From Strigamia acuminata (lineage: Eukaryota), in NCBI GenBank assembly GCA_949358305.1, contig OX442314.1, positions 5,642,001-5,706,000 of the forward strand: 64,000 nt of DNA. The letters are read 5' to 3'. The translations under genes and the position numbers were made by a program. Below the pieces are notes generated by a model, which saw only the letters and a program-made list of their open reading frames with translations, made no database searches and was not told the origin of the DNA. Positions 1 through 10,993 of this stretch are shown here, one piece after another; positions within the stretch are counted from its first letter, which is position 1; every line of letters begins with the position of its first letter.

Positions 1-2171
1 GCCACATGATTGTACTTCCCGGGGCGGTACGTAATTGTTATATCGCACGCCATTAACTCCAGTTGCCATCGTGCGAGTCGGCCGGAGGGTTCCTTGAGCT
101 TCATCAACCAGCTTAGTGCCTGGTGATCTGTCTGAACCTCGAAGTTCGTGTACTCCAGATAGTCGCGAAATTTCCGAACTGCCCAAATTACGGCTAGGCA
201 TTCTAGTTCCGTTGCCGTATAATTTTTCTCCGCGCCCTGTATTTTTCTGCTTATAAACATACAGGGTACTTCTTGCGAGATTCCGTTGTACACGTGGGTC
301 TGCAGAAGGGCTGCACCCAGTCCGATTTTACTCGCGTCGGTGTGCAACACGAACGGTCGGTTTAGGTCCGGCAATGGCATCTTTTCGACGTCAGCCAGCA
401 TTTGCTTGATAGTGCTAAATGCGGCCTCGCACTGGACCGTCCACTCAAACTCTTTATCCGTTCGTAAGAGATCCGTTATAGGCGCGGCCACTTCAGCCAG
501 ACCAGAGAGTAGTCGGCCGAAGAAATTGACCATGCCCATGAATCTCTGGACACCTTTTATATCTTCGGGGGCGGGGAATCCGTTTATTGCTTTGACTTTT
601 TCGGGGTCAATCGCGATTCCCTCGACTCCTATTCGATATCCTAGGAAGGCAAGCTCTTTCCTGCAAAACTTGCTCTTCCCTGGATGGATGTGGAGTCCTG
701 CCTTGGCTAGGCGAGAGACCACTCTATCGATGTGGTCTATGTGTTCTTCGAATGTGTCCGACGTTATTATGATGTCGTCGAGATACGCCCACACGAAGTC
801 GTGCAGCATATCTCCCAACACGCTTTCGATCAGTTTCTGGAACGTGCTCGGGGCGTTTACAAGCCCGAACGGCATCACGTTGAACATTAGTCTTCCTATC
901 GGGGAGTAGAAAGCCGTTTTCAGTTTGTCTTCGGGTTTTAGCTCCACTTGCCAATACCCCTTTGACAGGTCCATGGTGGTTACCCACTTGAACGGGCTCA
1001 GTTCCCGGAGGATCGAGTCTATAGACGGCATCTGAATCGGGTCTATAACCGTTATCGCGTTCAGGGGGCGATAATCAATGCATAGTCGAGGTTCCGAGCC
1101 TGGACGCATCACCAGGACGATCCGCATGGCGTATTCGCCCAGGGCTTGCGTTACTATGCCCTTGTCGAGCATGTCTTGGCACATTTGCGTCACGATGTCT
1201 CTTTTCTGGGGGTTCATCCCCTTGTAAGGCACTCGAATCGGCTTGTCTGTGGTTAAGACTATTTCGTGTGTTGCTTCCGTCGTTCGACCAGGTGTCTTGG
1301 TCAGAATTCTTTCATGCTTTCGAAGCACTCGCCTTAGTAGCGATGCCTCGTTAACACGCAGTGCTGCCTCCTCGACCAGGGTGTCCACGACGTTACTCCT
1401 CTGTAATTCCAGAGTGAAGGCTGCGAAATCGTAATCTTGGACGAATTTTCGCAATCCTCTTCCGTATTCCTCTTTGTCCTTGGCTTCGTCCAGTAATTTT
1501 TGGGGAACTACGGGGACTGACCGTTCTCCCTCGGGACTTATCCAGTTCCATGAACGGGTTATCGGGTTTGGCTGAATTTTCAGTTTCGCCATGATGTCCA
1601 TCCCTAGGAGGAATACTTTGTCGTGGGATGGCAAGACTATGAAGGGGTGGGACAGGTTCCCCCCCGTCCAGTCGATCATGATGCGAACTACGCCCTTCGG
1701 CTTGACGTAGCCGTTGGCGGTGAGCAATTCTACGTTCGCGTTCACTTGTGCCACCTTCTTTCCAATATCCAAGTCTTTTACTATATCTTCGGATATGAAT
1801 GAACGATCCGCTCCTGAATCCAGTAGACCGAACAATTTTTGGTTTTCTATCTCCACTGGCAGCATACACAGAGTTTCGCAATGTGCTTTCGTGACATTGC
1901 AGTGAAATACGCGTAATGTCTGGGGCTCAACCTCCAGATTGAACGGAAGGTCCGTCCAATCCATGTCGACCTCCGGTTTCGTTCTCACTTGCATACTCGT
2001 TAACGTCACTTTTTCCTCCTTCTTCGGAACGATCTGTATGCGGTCTTTGATCTGTGCCTCTGCCAAGGCATGACCTGCGGGTCCAGTGTGATATTTCTTC
2101 TTTTTAATTTCCGCGGCTGGCGCAGACGAAGCTGAATTTATTTCGGCGACGCCTGCGCTTGGAAGTTTTTT
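1..2171 (-). CDS. pol: Gypsy-1 Pol (protease, RT, RNase H; runs off the window), -1 frame relative to gag
   Basis: Minus-strand motifs GLLDSGADRS (~1820), MDLSKGYWQ (~970), AYLDDII (~785) and HTDASKIGLGA (~338); PR, YLDD and RH checked to be in one frame; slippery A AAA AAC at 2171-2165. Confidence 0.9.
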
Positions 2172-5100
2172 GCCAGATCAGTTCTTAACTCCATCATCAT
2201 TTTCATCATGGTTTGCATGATGTCCTTTTCTTTGACGGTTTTCTCACATTTATCTGAGTAGTGGCCGTATTCTCCACAGCTGTAACATTTGATGTTACTT
2301 TTATCCCCTGTGGGAGTGAATCCCGGTTTTTTCGGGACGAAGGGCGTCGGGAATCGTCTTTTTCCTCCCAATGCTCCTCTCGCTTTTGTTGCTTGCACGT
2401 GTGCTCTGAATTGTGTGATTGCCAAGGCCCGGTGTGCATGGTGCAAATAGGGACCTTGATCGTCGCATCCCGTCGATAAGTTTTCGAGGTGCTCATTTAG
2501 GGCTTCCTCGTCGCTCGATGCTGGCTCCTCTTCTTTAGCCGTGGCGAGAGGTGTTGTCTCTTCGACTTTCTCCATCTGGGTGGAGTCCGTCGAGGTCACC
2601 TGCATCGCCGTCGCTGCCGGTGCTTTCTTTGGGGCAGCTATCGGGTTGGCTGGAAGAATACTGCCTGCTTTAGGCGTCAGCATTCGTCCGAAGGATGCTT
2701 CGGTGAGACTCATTATGCCGCTCAAATATTCACTTGGCCTCATTAATTTTTCTGAGGTCTTGTGGCGTTCGGCGCTCGTCTGCAACCGCTTCTCGTGCGC
2801 GTCAGCTTCTTCCGGGGGCAGAGTGGCGTAATACCGCTGTTCTATTTCTAACGTGTTTGTTAGAAGATAGTTACTGACATCTTGGTAATCGCCAGTGCGG
2901 GGTGCACGCATGTCTAGCAGAATTCTTTGCGAGTGGGCCGATAATCCTCCGTAAAAGATCATCGTAAAACCAGCGGGGTTTATTTCGTACGGCGCTCTTG
3001 CAAACAGGAGTTTCGCTCGGGCGTCGTAGTCGGCTAATGTTTCTCCTGGGGCTTGTCGTAGACCCCGTAATTTGTTACTGATCTCGTCTGGAGTCTCGCC
3101 GTATCGGAGATCGAAACGGACGAGAAAATCGTCCCAGGTTGGGTTTTTCAGTCCCTGGTACCATTCTCGAGCTGACCCCGTAGTTAGCTCCACTAGCCCG
3201 TGGGTTAGCATGTCGGCGACGGTGGCTTTTGTCGCTTTCTTGATACGCATTACTTCGTCCAGGAAGCGGTCTCCGGCCTTCCACGAACCGTCAAATCGCG
3301 TTTGAATATAGTGTTGCCAGCGGATGTTACCCGTGGCTTCACTGCTTGGTTCGTTTCGTACGCCATATTTGCGCTTAACCCTCTCTCCAGCGCGATTATG
3401 TTCGTCGCCTGGATGGCCTAGATCGATTCCTTCTCTTCTGAAAGAGTTCAGCAGGGCTCGGCCTAGCTCAGACATCGTGTAATGTCGGCCAGATGAGTCC
3501 TGAAAGTTCCCTTCCTCTGAACGAGGGTTGGAGCTCCGGGAAGAGCGGTCTGAAGCATTCGGCCGGTTCGACCGGTGCCCATCGCTGCCTTCTTGACTCC
3601 TTCCTGTAGACGGTCGACTCGGATGGTCGTCGTCCGACGAATCGGAGGGCTCGGAGGGATCTCCTTGGGGGTGAAACCTCGGCCCTCTCGGTGGGGTCTC
3701 TCCGCCAGCCTTCTTCTGTTTCGAGCCTTCGGATGGCGGCGGCTCCCCTCCGTCGTTGTTCTCGCAAAAAGAATGCCATCTGTTTTCCTCGCTCTCGGGG
3801 CGTTCCCGATTTTTATTTGCGTTTTTCTTTTCGAGTAACGCGTCGATGGCTGCTCCCGTCTCGGATCTTTTTGAGGGGTGACGGTCCTTTGTTTTTGGGA
3901 CCGATCCGTCTCTCTTTTGAGATTTCCCCCTTTTTGCCGTTTTTGCCGGCTTTGCTGCATCTTCTCCTGTGTCGGTATCAGAGTCGCTTGGGGGTTCTGA
4001 CTTCCGTTTCGGGTTTTCTTCCCTTTTCTTCCTGCCCGAGACACCTTGTTCGTACTCTTTTTGGAACTTTTCTGTTTCTTTCTCCCAGTTTTCGGCTTCC
4101 CATCTTTTTTGCTCATCTATTATGGCTTGTTTCTTTGCTTTGTACTCTTCGGTCCATCTGACTCGGTCCCATTCCTCTTTCTCTTTCAGGAACTGTTCCT
4201 TTTCTTTTCTGGCTTCCTCTTCTCTCAACCTCTCGCGATGTTGTTCTTCCCATTTTTGGTGTTGTAAAATGGCTTCTTCTCGCAACATTTGTAGCTTTTC
4301 TGCTTTTCTTTGAGCTACGAGCGCTTGAAATTGGTCCTCGTACTCTTGAGCTTCTCGATGTCGCCCTTCCACTGTGGCGTTCCATTCTTTTCGAATTTTA
4401 GCTTCTCGTTCCTCCCTCATTTTTTGGACCAGTTTTTCTGTTCTCTCGGTGGTTCTTCTTTCGCGTTGCTCCCTTTCTTCCTCTTCCTTCCAGAGTTCTC
4501 GCCGCTCTGCGCTCAGTCTTCGTTGGCGATTAGTCGCTTCTTGTCTGGCTTCTTCGCGGGCCTTCTCTCTGGATTGGTGAAGTGCCCGGTTGGGGTCTGG
4601 CGCGAAACCTCCGGTGTCACTGGGCGTTACCTGGGGCATGGGCGTCTCCGCTGCTGGTCTTGCGACCGGCGTCGGGGCTTGTGCCGCGCAGATAGCGTCA
4701 GTGAGTAGAGTAATCGATTCCCAGACTGACGTTCCTACTGGAATGTCTATCATCGCTTTCAGTTGGGCAGCTTGCCGTGTCAACCGAATTAGGTGAGATA
4801 CCTCGAAGGAAACAACCGCAGGACTCGCCGTAACTCGGGGGGTTATCGGGGTCCCGCCGTCGTTTTTTCGTGGGGTTTGCTCCACGGACGTCTGAGCCGT
4901 GGGTGGCGATGGGTTCGTGCCGACCGTGACCGTTATTTTCGGAGCTTCATTCGTCTCCTCGGTCATCAATATCGATACTCGTCCTGGCGATACGTCGCGA
5001 ATTTCTTCTCGATTTTCTATGGCTTCCGGATCGGTATCCTCGAAGGGTTGCATATTCAAGGGAACCCGCTCTCGCTCTGGCCCGTCTAGGGCCGCGAGCG

Positions 5101-5278
5101 ATGCAGCTTGCTCCTCTTTCTGCGCCTTCGCTCTCCTTTTATTCGCTCGGGCTTTCGCCTTTGCGGACATTTCAGGGACGGGACCATCCGATCTCAGGTG
5201 GTAGTCGGAGGTCCTTTTTCCCTTCTCGGGCATTCTCTGCTCGGTTTCAGACGTGGATTGCTCGTCTTTGTCTGACAT
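2138..5278 (-). CDS. gag: Gypsy-1 Gag, 1046 aa, with long charged/coiled-coil N-terminal extension
   Basis: Capsid-like segment (AREWY...RQAPGETLADY) and zinc knuckle CYSCGEYGHYSDKC near the C-terminus. Confidence 0.9.
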   Translation of the reverse strand: MSDKDEQSTSETEQRMPEKGKRTSDYHLRSDGPVPEMSAKAKARANKRRAKAQKEEQAASLAALDGPERERVPLNMQPFEDTDPEAIENREEIRDVSPGRVSILMTEETNEAPKITVTVGTNPSPPTAQTSVEQTPRKNDGGTPITPRVTASPAVVSFEVSHLIRLTRQAAQLKAMIDIPVGTSVWESITLLTDAICAAQAPTPVARPAAETPMPQVTPSDTGGFAPDPNRALHQSREKAREEARQEATNRQRRLSAERRELWKEEEEREQRERRTTERTEKLVQKMREEREAKIRKEWNATVEGRHREAQEYEDQFQALVAQRKAEKLQMLREEAILQHQKWEEQHRERLREEEARKEKEQFLKEKEEWDRVRWTEEYKAKKQAIIDEQKRWEAENWEKETEKFQKEYEQGVSGRKKREENPKRKSEPPSDSDTDTGEDAAKPAKTAKRGKSQKRDGSVPKTKDRHPSKRSETGAAIDALLEKKNANKNRERPESEENRWHSFCENNDGGEPPPSEGSKQKKAGGETPPRGPRFHPQGDPSEPSDSSDDDHPSRPSTGRSQEGSDGHRSNRPNASDRSSRSSNPRSEEGNFQDSSGRHYTMSELGRALLNSFRREGIDLGHPGDEHNRAGERVKRKYGVRNEPSSEATGNIRWQHYIQTRFDGSWKAGDRFLDEVMRIKKATKATVADMLTHGLVELTTGSAREWYQGLKNPTWDDFLVRFDLRYGETPDEISNKLRGLRQAPGETLADYDARAKLLFARAPYEINPAGFTMIFYGGLSAHSQRILLDMRAPRTGDYQDVSNYLLTNTLEIEQRYYATLPPEEADAHEKRLQTSAERHKTSEKLMRPSEYLSGIMSLTEASFGRMLTPKAGSILPANPIAAPKKAPAATAMQVTSTDSTQMEKVEETTPLATAKEEEPASSDEEALNEHLENLSTGCDDQGPYLHHAHRALAITQFRAHVQATKARGALGGKRRFPTPFVPKKPGFTPTGDKSNIKCYSCGEYGHYSDKCEKTVKEKDIMQTMMKMMMELRTDLAKNFQAQASPK

Positions 5279-5352
5279 TTTCTTTCGGTAATTCTACGAT
5301 TTGGGTTATCTTATTGAGAGATCACAAGTTCAGATTTGAGATTTATTTCTAA

Positions 5353-5370
5353 ATCCCGGACAGACCCCCA
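5353..5370 (-). promoter_or_regulatory. Primer-binding site, tRNA-Pro-like
   Basis: TGGGGGTCTGTCCGGGAT 2 nt after the LTR end, versus canonical tRNA-Pro PBS TGGGGGCTCGTCCGGGAT. Confidence 0.7.
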
Positions 5371-5372
5371 CG

Positions 5373-6192
5373 TGTCGCGTCCTACTTGGTATAGGTTTAA
5401 ATAGCGCTAACGTGTAATACTTTACCTGTGATCAATTATGTAAATACCCAAATGAATACCAAATGTATGTAAATAAACAGGTAATTTATTCACCAGGCTT
5501 TATGCCTTTAAAATACACTCAGTAATAATTCTAGAGTCGACGTGGTCAGCGTCGAACAAAGGATTTCTCAAGATGGCGTCGTCGATTCCGCGTGGTCGGC
5601 GGAACAAAGGCGGCGTCTCGAGTTGTCGTCAATTCGTCACGGATTCGTCTTCACGGACGCGGTGGAATGCTCTTTCGAGTCTTCTATCCGTGCCTGTTGT
5701 CTAGGGTTTGTTTAGCGTCGCAGAGGCCTCGTCTAGGAACTTTGGGGTTCCCTACAAAGCACTCGGACACTTACTTCGGCGAATAATCGTCTGGGCGATT
5801 ATTCTGGGTGATTTCACAAGGGCTATTCTCGTGCTTTCGCAGGAATAGCTCGCAAGTGACTTCGTGAGAGTTACAGTTTGCACTTTACTCAGCGATCCTC
5901 GATCAATCCTAACTTGTAGTTGAAGTTGGCCTGACGGTGAGGTAGTTGCTGTGTTCTTGGTGTCGTTTGTGTAAGTTCTGACTTTAGGCGGGAAACACAG
6001 CCTTTTATGCAGTGGGGTGAAGGGCCGGCGATCAACCAATGGGGGCTGACCATCAGCCGCTTCCTCCCCCTCGGGGCACACACCTGCCATGGGGAGGTGG
6101 AGCCAACTCGGGGGGGAACGACTCTTCAATCACAGTGACTCAGAGGACAAGCATCCGCCCTGGGGGGACACTTATCCAACTGGGTCACCACA
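5373..6192 (-). repeat. 5' LTR of Gypsy-1 (820 bp)
   Basis: Minus-strand termini TGTGGTGACCC...GGACGCGACA match the solo LTR at 24437-25253; PBS adjacent. Confidence 0.85.
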
Positions 6193-6303
6193 AGTTCAAT
6201 AAAGGGTCGGTGCACATAACGATGCTTTGCGTATGTCGCACTCGGTAATACGCGAAGTAGTTGTAACTGCGATTCCGCACCAGAAAATACTGATAAAAAA
6301 ATG

Positions 6304-6332
6304 GTGTTTCCAGACTTTTGACTCACCCTGTA
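6304..6332. mobile_element. Right TIR remnant of a Tc1/mariner-type MITE
   Basis: gtgtttccagacttttgactcaccctg-TA; the same end precedes the paralogous exon (60681-60708) and occurs at 60030-60058. Confidence 0.6.
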
Positions 6333-6376
6333 CAGTAAATACAATCAAAATATTAATTAAATATCTTCTTTGCAAG

Positions 6377-7160
6377 CTTTCCCTTTACAAAGACCGATTT
6401 ACCACTTTGCAAATGTTCAAAGATAACCCATGAACTATACGGTATTGCAAATCGTTTAATTGAAACTACCGATCCAACTGCTGATTGTCTATGTCAACGT
6501 CCATGCGAACAGTTAATGTTTATACCATCCACTGATGCAGCCATAGCAGATGATAAAAACACTGTATCCGCATCGTTAGCAATAACTAATAATAAAATCA
6601 ATGTGTATGAAGAACGGTACACATATGATGTTATTGCTTTACTATCAGATTTAGGAGGCAATTTGGGCCTATTTCTCGGTCTATCTTTAACTTCGTTGCC
6701 TGAAATCGCTTGGTATATAGCAAAGATTTGGAAAAAAAGACCAGTTAATCCGATTCGCCGTGTTTACAACAAATGCACAAAGAATATAATTGAGAGTCAA
6801 AAGCAAAGTAAAAGAAATGTAATATCACTTGATCTTAAGACAATTCTTGTTATAATTTGCTCGGGAGTCACTTTGTACTGCTTGCAAATTCGTGTAAACT
6901 ACTACATTGAAGAACCGGTAACAAAAATTGTGAGAATAGTTCCACGACGCTTTACCGAATTTCCGTCTGTCACAATCTGTGGTGAACCACAAGATGATGC
7001 TATTGATGAAGCCACATTGAATTTAATGAAACAGACTAACAGGACCTGCGATAACATATCACCGTGGCATTTGTTCAACAACAATTTATCGTTGGATGAA
7101 ATCTGGGAAAAACTCAACATCCATGAAACAGTCACACTTAATAATGAATTAGCTGATACG
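6377..7160 (+). CDS. DEG/ENaC gene A, junction exon: thumb/knuckle and TM2 of subunit 1, linker, TM1 and start of ectodomain of subunit 2
   Basis: tttgcaag| acceptor and |gtatat donor; CLCQRPC, YEERYTYDVIALLSDLGGNLGLFLGLS (TM2 with GxS), then KTILVIICSGVTLYCL..YY..P..FPSVTIC with no stop. Confidence 0.9.
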
Positions 7161-7219
7161 GTATATTTCTTAATATAACGATGACTAAAATATTATATTA
7201 AATTATTTAATATTTATAG

Positions 7220-7304
7220 TATTTTCGTGGATATAAAACAATACTTAATGCATCAAAAAGTCTTAAACCCCTTCCTTTTGGACATTGTACACAAGTAAAT
7301 TCAG
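7220..7304 (+). CDS. DEG/ENaC gene A exon (subunit 2, FGHCTQVN motif)
   Basis: tttatag|...|gtacgt; open frame YFRGYK...PFGHCTQVNS matches the GxCxxFN motif; conserved in copy B. Confidence 0.8.
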
Positions 7305-7997
7305 GTACGTATTTCTCAAACACATATGGATCCAGTCTCTTAAGTTAGTTTTAATGGGCCCGAATTTCTCACGTTTATTCATAACATCAGATGCCTAATT
7401 TGGAAATTCACACTAGGTGCATTCAAAAACTCTAAAACGTATGCAAAACTCGTTTCGTGTTTGTACGTTACGTCATTCCCATGGATGTACTTCATTTTAG
7501 CGATTTTATTTTAGCGACAGTGCTGGACTGGCAAGGCGGGCTACCGGGAGTTTCCCGGTGGCCCGTGGCTCGGTGGCCCGTGGCCGACCCGCTCGATCCG
7601 CCGTCGCCCGTCCCGTCCCGATCCGCCGTCGCCCGTCCCGTCCCGATCCGCCGTCGCCCGTCCCGATCCGCCGTCATTCGTCCCGTTATACAGTATATAG
7701 CATGTAGTTTTTTTGTAATAAGTATGACGTCTACATTATTGCGCAATGCGCATGTTCAATTTAAAAGCATTCTGGTTCTGCACATCCGGACTGGTGTCAT
7801 GGCGTCATGCTCTCACCATCGCCGTCGCCAAGAAGAACCAGTTTGCACATTGGTTATATACATCATAAACACAGCAAACATCAAAGAAAATTATGATTTT
7901 CTCTTTGTATAAGGTATTTTGAACATATTTATTTACAAGTAGGATTTAAAAAATGTGATTTGATTCTAATTATGTAGGATATTTAAAACACTTAAAA

Positions 7998-10613
7998 ATG
8001 CCAAAATTCAAACGGCGAAAATCTAAACGGGAAAGTGGATGGCAACGAGAAAAAGCAAAACAGCAAAAAAATTTGATGGCTGAAGCTGAAAACTGTCACA
8101 AAATAGATGCTCTCTTTCATACTGCAACATCATCCGCGAAAGATACATTGATTGATTGTCACCAGGAAGAAAGCGTCGTTGAGAAAACAATAGAAGAAGA
8201 AGAAGAAACACAAGTAAATATTCAGCAATGTCAAAGTTTCGAAACAGAAGAAATAAATGAGGAAATTGGCGAAAAAATTGATTATTTTCTACAACCTCAA
8301 AATGAAAATTTACCAGATTTCTTAAAGTTTCATCCGGTCCAGCCAAGTTTAGAATCAAAATGTAATTTAAAAGACAGAAAAATATACTTTCGAAAAGATG
8401 GCGTAGGAAGATGCTGGTTAACTTTAGATGAAAATTGTGGAAAAATGTTTTGTTCTTTTTGCCTTGCTTTTTGTACGAATCCTTTGGAGCAATCTATTTT
8501 TATAAGTGGATATGATATTTATAAAACTAAGCACATGTATCAAAGAATTACTGAACATGAAAATTCTGCGCTTCATAATACAAATACCGAAGCATATTTC
8601 TTGAAAGTAAATAATAGAGATACGTTTAGTTTAATAAATAAACAGAAATTAGAAAATAATAATAGAAATCGCCAAATTTTAAATCGAGTTATTGAAATAA
8701 TTAAGTTAATTGGCAAACGGGGGCTAAGCTATCGCAGCATCAATGAATCTACTTCTCAGCTGTTGAATGAAAATCTAGATCATGGTAATTTTCTAGAATT
8801 GCTTTTGTTGATAAGTAAATTCGATCCCTTATTAAAAGTGCATATTGAAGATACCGTAAATAAAAGCAAAGGTAAAGGCAAAGGGCGGGGTAGTTTGGTA
8901 ACATTGTTTTCCAAAACTACCGCCAATAATGTAATAGATGTTATTCATTCTCTTATGAAAGAAACATTGGCTTCAGAAATAAGGGATGCAGAAATGTTTA
9001 GTGTTCAAATCGATACCACACAAGACATTAATGTTGTAGATCAATGTTCTATTATTATCAGGTATGCAAAAGATCGTGTTTATGAACGATTAATATCACT
9101 AGTTAATTGCTCATCCACTACAGGGGAGGATCTTTGTAATTTAATATGTGAGCAATTAAAAAACAATAATATTGATATTTCTAAGTGTATTGGGAATTGC
9201 ACAGATGGTGCATCAAATATGCAAGGGGCATATAAAGGCTTCAGTGCTTGGCTGAATAAAGTTTCACCAGGTCAAATACATACATGGTGTTATGCACATG
9301 TTTTAAATTTAATAATTGTTGATATAACTCAAAAGACAGCTGAAGCCATTTCTTTATTTGGTCTTTTAAATACTTGTGCAGTTTTCTTCAGAGAATCACA
9401 TAAAAGAATGAATGTATGGAGGGAATTTAGTAAATTTAAATTTATTGCAACAATTGGAGAAACTCGCTGGTGGGCAAAAGACAAAATTTTAAGAAAAGTA
9501 TTTGGTAATTATAATACTACATCCAGTATTATGTTTTATGTAGATGTTATTCAAACTTTTCAAGACACATCTGTCTCCAGTAATTTTAATAATGATGTTC
9601 GGCACAGGGCAAAATGCATGTTAGAATCTTTGTTAGAGTTTAAAACAATTCTCGTAGCTCAAATATTCTTACGTGTATTTGAGGAAACAACGCCATTGTC
9701 GTTGTATTTGCAAACAAGAGAAATGGACATAATTACTGCTTTTAGTATGGTGAAAAATACAGCTGAAAACATATTAAAAATTACCCGAGGTTTTGATGAA
9801 GTTTTTCAAGCAGCAGTTAATTTTGTATTGGCTGCCAATAAGGAATTGGAAAAGCGTGATATTGATATTTTCATTGTGCCACATTTAGATGATAGGAGAA
9901 AGCGAAATACAACTATTAGTGCAAAAGATTTATTTCGCATTAATGTACATAACATTATAATGGATAATGTTATGAACGATTTAAACGAACGATTTCTAAA
10001 AAACGATAACCTGTATGCCGAGTTATATTATTTAAATCCATGTAATTTTCAAAATATTGTAAGTAACAATATACCAGATTTAACTTTTCAATCAATTGTA
10101 GAAGTAATTAATAAGAAATTCAACAAAACCATAAATATAGTCGATGTACATGCAGAATTAAAAGATTTTGTAAAAAAGTGGCAATTGTTTAAAGATACAG
10201 TTACTGACGACATAAATATGGTTGATGCAGATTCCGATTCAAATTATGAAAATGATGATAACGAAAATTTGATAATCGGAGAAAATAATTCGTTAAAGTG
10301 CCAATCTTGTAAAAATTGTGTCACCTGCTGTTTTATGGTTTTGCAAAAATTTAATTTACATTCCTTAGCATATCACAATTTATTTTTAATATATAAATTT
10401 GTTGTAACATTGTCTTCCACACAAGTATCGTGCGAACGGTCATTTTCAAAATTAAAATATATATTGAATAGATTACGTAATTGTTTAGGCCAAATTAAAT
10501 TAGAAGCATTCATGATTATGTCTTGTGAAAAAGATATTTTGAACGTAATAAAGAATGATCAAATTGTTAATGCAATGAAAGAAAAAAGTAGTTTACTGAG
10601 GAAAATTTTATAA
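7998..10613 (+). CDS. hAT transposase (ZMYM1/DUF4371-like), 871 aa
   Basis: CxxC..HE..H zinc finger, FSVQIDTTQD, TDGASNM, CYAHVLNL, ETRW, CERSFSKLK dimerisation motif. Confidence 0.92.
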   Translation: MPKFKRRKSKRESGWQREKAKQQKNLMAEAENCHKIDALFHTATSSAKDTLIDCHQEESVVEKTIEEEEETQVNIQQCQSFETEEINEEIGEKIDYFLQPQNENLPDFLKFHPVQPSLESKCNLKDRKIYFRKDGVGRCWLTLDENCGKMFCSFCLAFCTNPLEQSIFISGYDIYKTKHMYQRITEHENSALHNTNTEAYFLKVNNRDTFSLINKQKLENNNRNRQILNRVIEIIKLIGKRGLSYRSINESTSQLLNENLDHGNFLELLLLISKFDPLLKVHIEDTVNKSKGKGKGRGSLVTLFSKTTANNVIDVIHSLMKETLASEIRDAEMFSVQIDTTQDINVVDQCSIIIRYAKDRVYERLISLVNCSSTTGEDLCNLICEQLKNNNIDISKCIGNCTDGASNMQGAYKGFSAWLNKVSPGQIHTWCYAHVLNLIIVDITQKTAEAISLFGLLNTCAVFFRESHKRMNVWREFSKFKFIATIGETRWWAKDKILRKVFGNYNTTSSIMFYVDVIQTFQDTSVSSNFNNDVRHRAKCMLESLLEFKTILVAQIFLRVFEETTPLSLYLQTREMDIITAFSMVKNTAENILKITRGFDEVFQAAVNFVLAANKELEKRDIDIFIVPHLDDRRKRNTTISAKDLFRINVHNIIMDNVMNDLNERFLKNDNLYAELYYLNPCNFQNIVSNNIPDLTFQSIVEVINKKFNKTINIVDVHAELKDFVKKWQLFKDTVTDDINMVDADSDSNYENDDNENLIIGENNSLKCQSCKNCVTCCFMVLQKFNLHSLAYHNLFLIYKFVVTLSSTQVSCERSFSKLKYILNRLRNCLGQIKLEAFMIMSCEKDILNVIKNDQIVNAMKEKSSLLRKIL

Positions 10614-10760
10614 TTGAAAATTATTATGTATACGAATACACCTTTTACAATAAATCATTTCCTGTGTATTGGCACTGTTCACTCACTCGCTGTATTGTGT
10701 TGGAATTTTAAATAAATAAGTTAATCAAATTTGGAATTTTTTTCATTTCACTAGCCTAGG

Positions 10761-10788
10761 TTAGGTTAGGTTAGGTTAGGTTAGGTTA
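10761..10788 (+). repeat. (TTAGG)5 telomere-type repeat in the hAT 3' subterminal region
   Basis: ttaggttaggttaggttaggttaggtta. Confidence 0.85.
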
Positions 10789-10993
10789 TATGTGGCCCGA
10801 CCGATCCAGTTTTCCCGGTAGAAAATTGGTTCCCAGTCCAGCCCTGTTTAGCGATTTCATTTTAGCGAACATGTCATTTTGGCGACACAAAAATCGCTAA
10901 AATGACATGTTTGCTAAAGTGATGGTCGCTAAAACGGCACTAATACTAACACTAATATTAACCTAACCATATAGTTTAGGTTTAAATCCTAAG

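Larger units (their letters stand above)
1..6192 (-). mobile_element. Ty3/Gypsy LTR retrotransposon 1 (5' LTR, gag, pol; 3' part beyond the window start)
   Basis: LTR 5373-6192, PBS, gag with CCHC knuckle, and PR-RT-RH motifs in the -1 frame, in Gypsy order. Confidence 0.95.
7518..10846 (+). mobile_element. Autonomous hAT DNA transposon
   Basis: TIR CAG(T/G)GCTGGACTGG, perfect 8-bp TSD TTTAGCGA (7510-7517 and 10847-10854), GC-rich subterminal repeats, intact transposase. Confidence 0.95.

Noticed and set aside
286..909. Antisense ORFs over retroelement genes (also throughout 33.9-38.4, 41-45.6 and 48-58 kb)
   Set aside because: Shadow frames of gag/pol with no independent motifs
7457..7912. 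151-aa ORF (and its twin at 61834-62280) as a conserved gene
   Set aside because: Crosses three TE junctions and GC-rich subterminal repeats; identity reflects DNA duplication
10761..10788. Telomere or chromosome-end relic
   Set aside because: Only five units, located inside the hAT subterminal region
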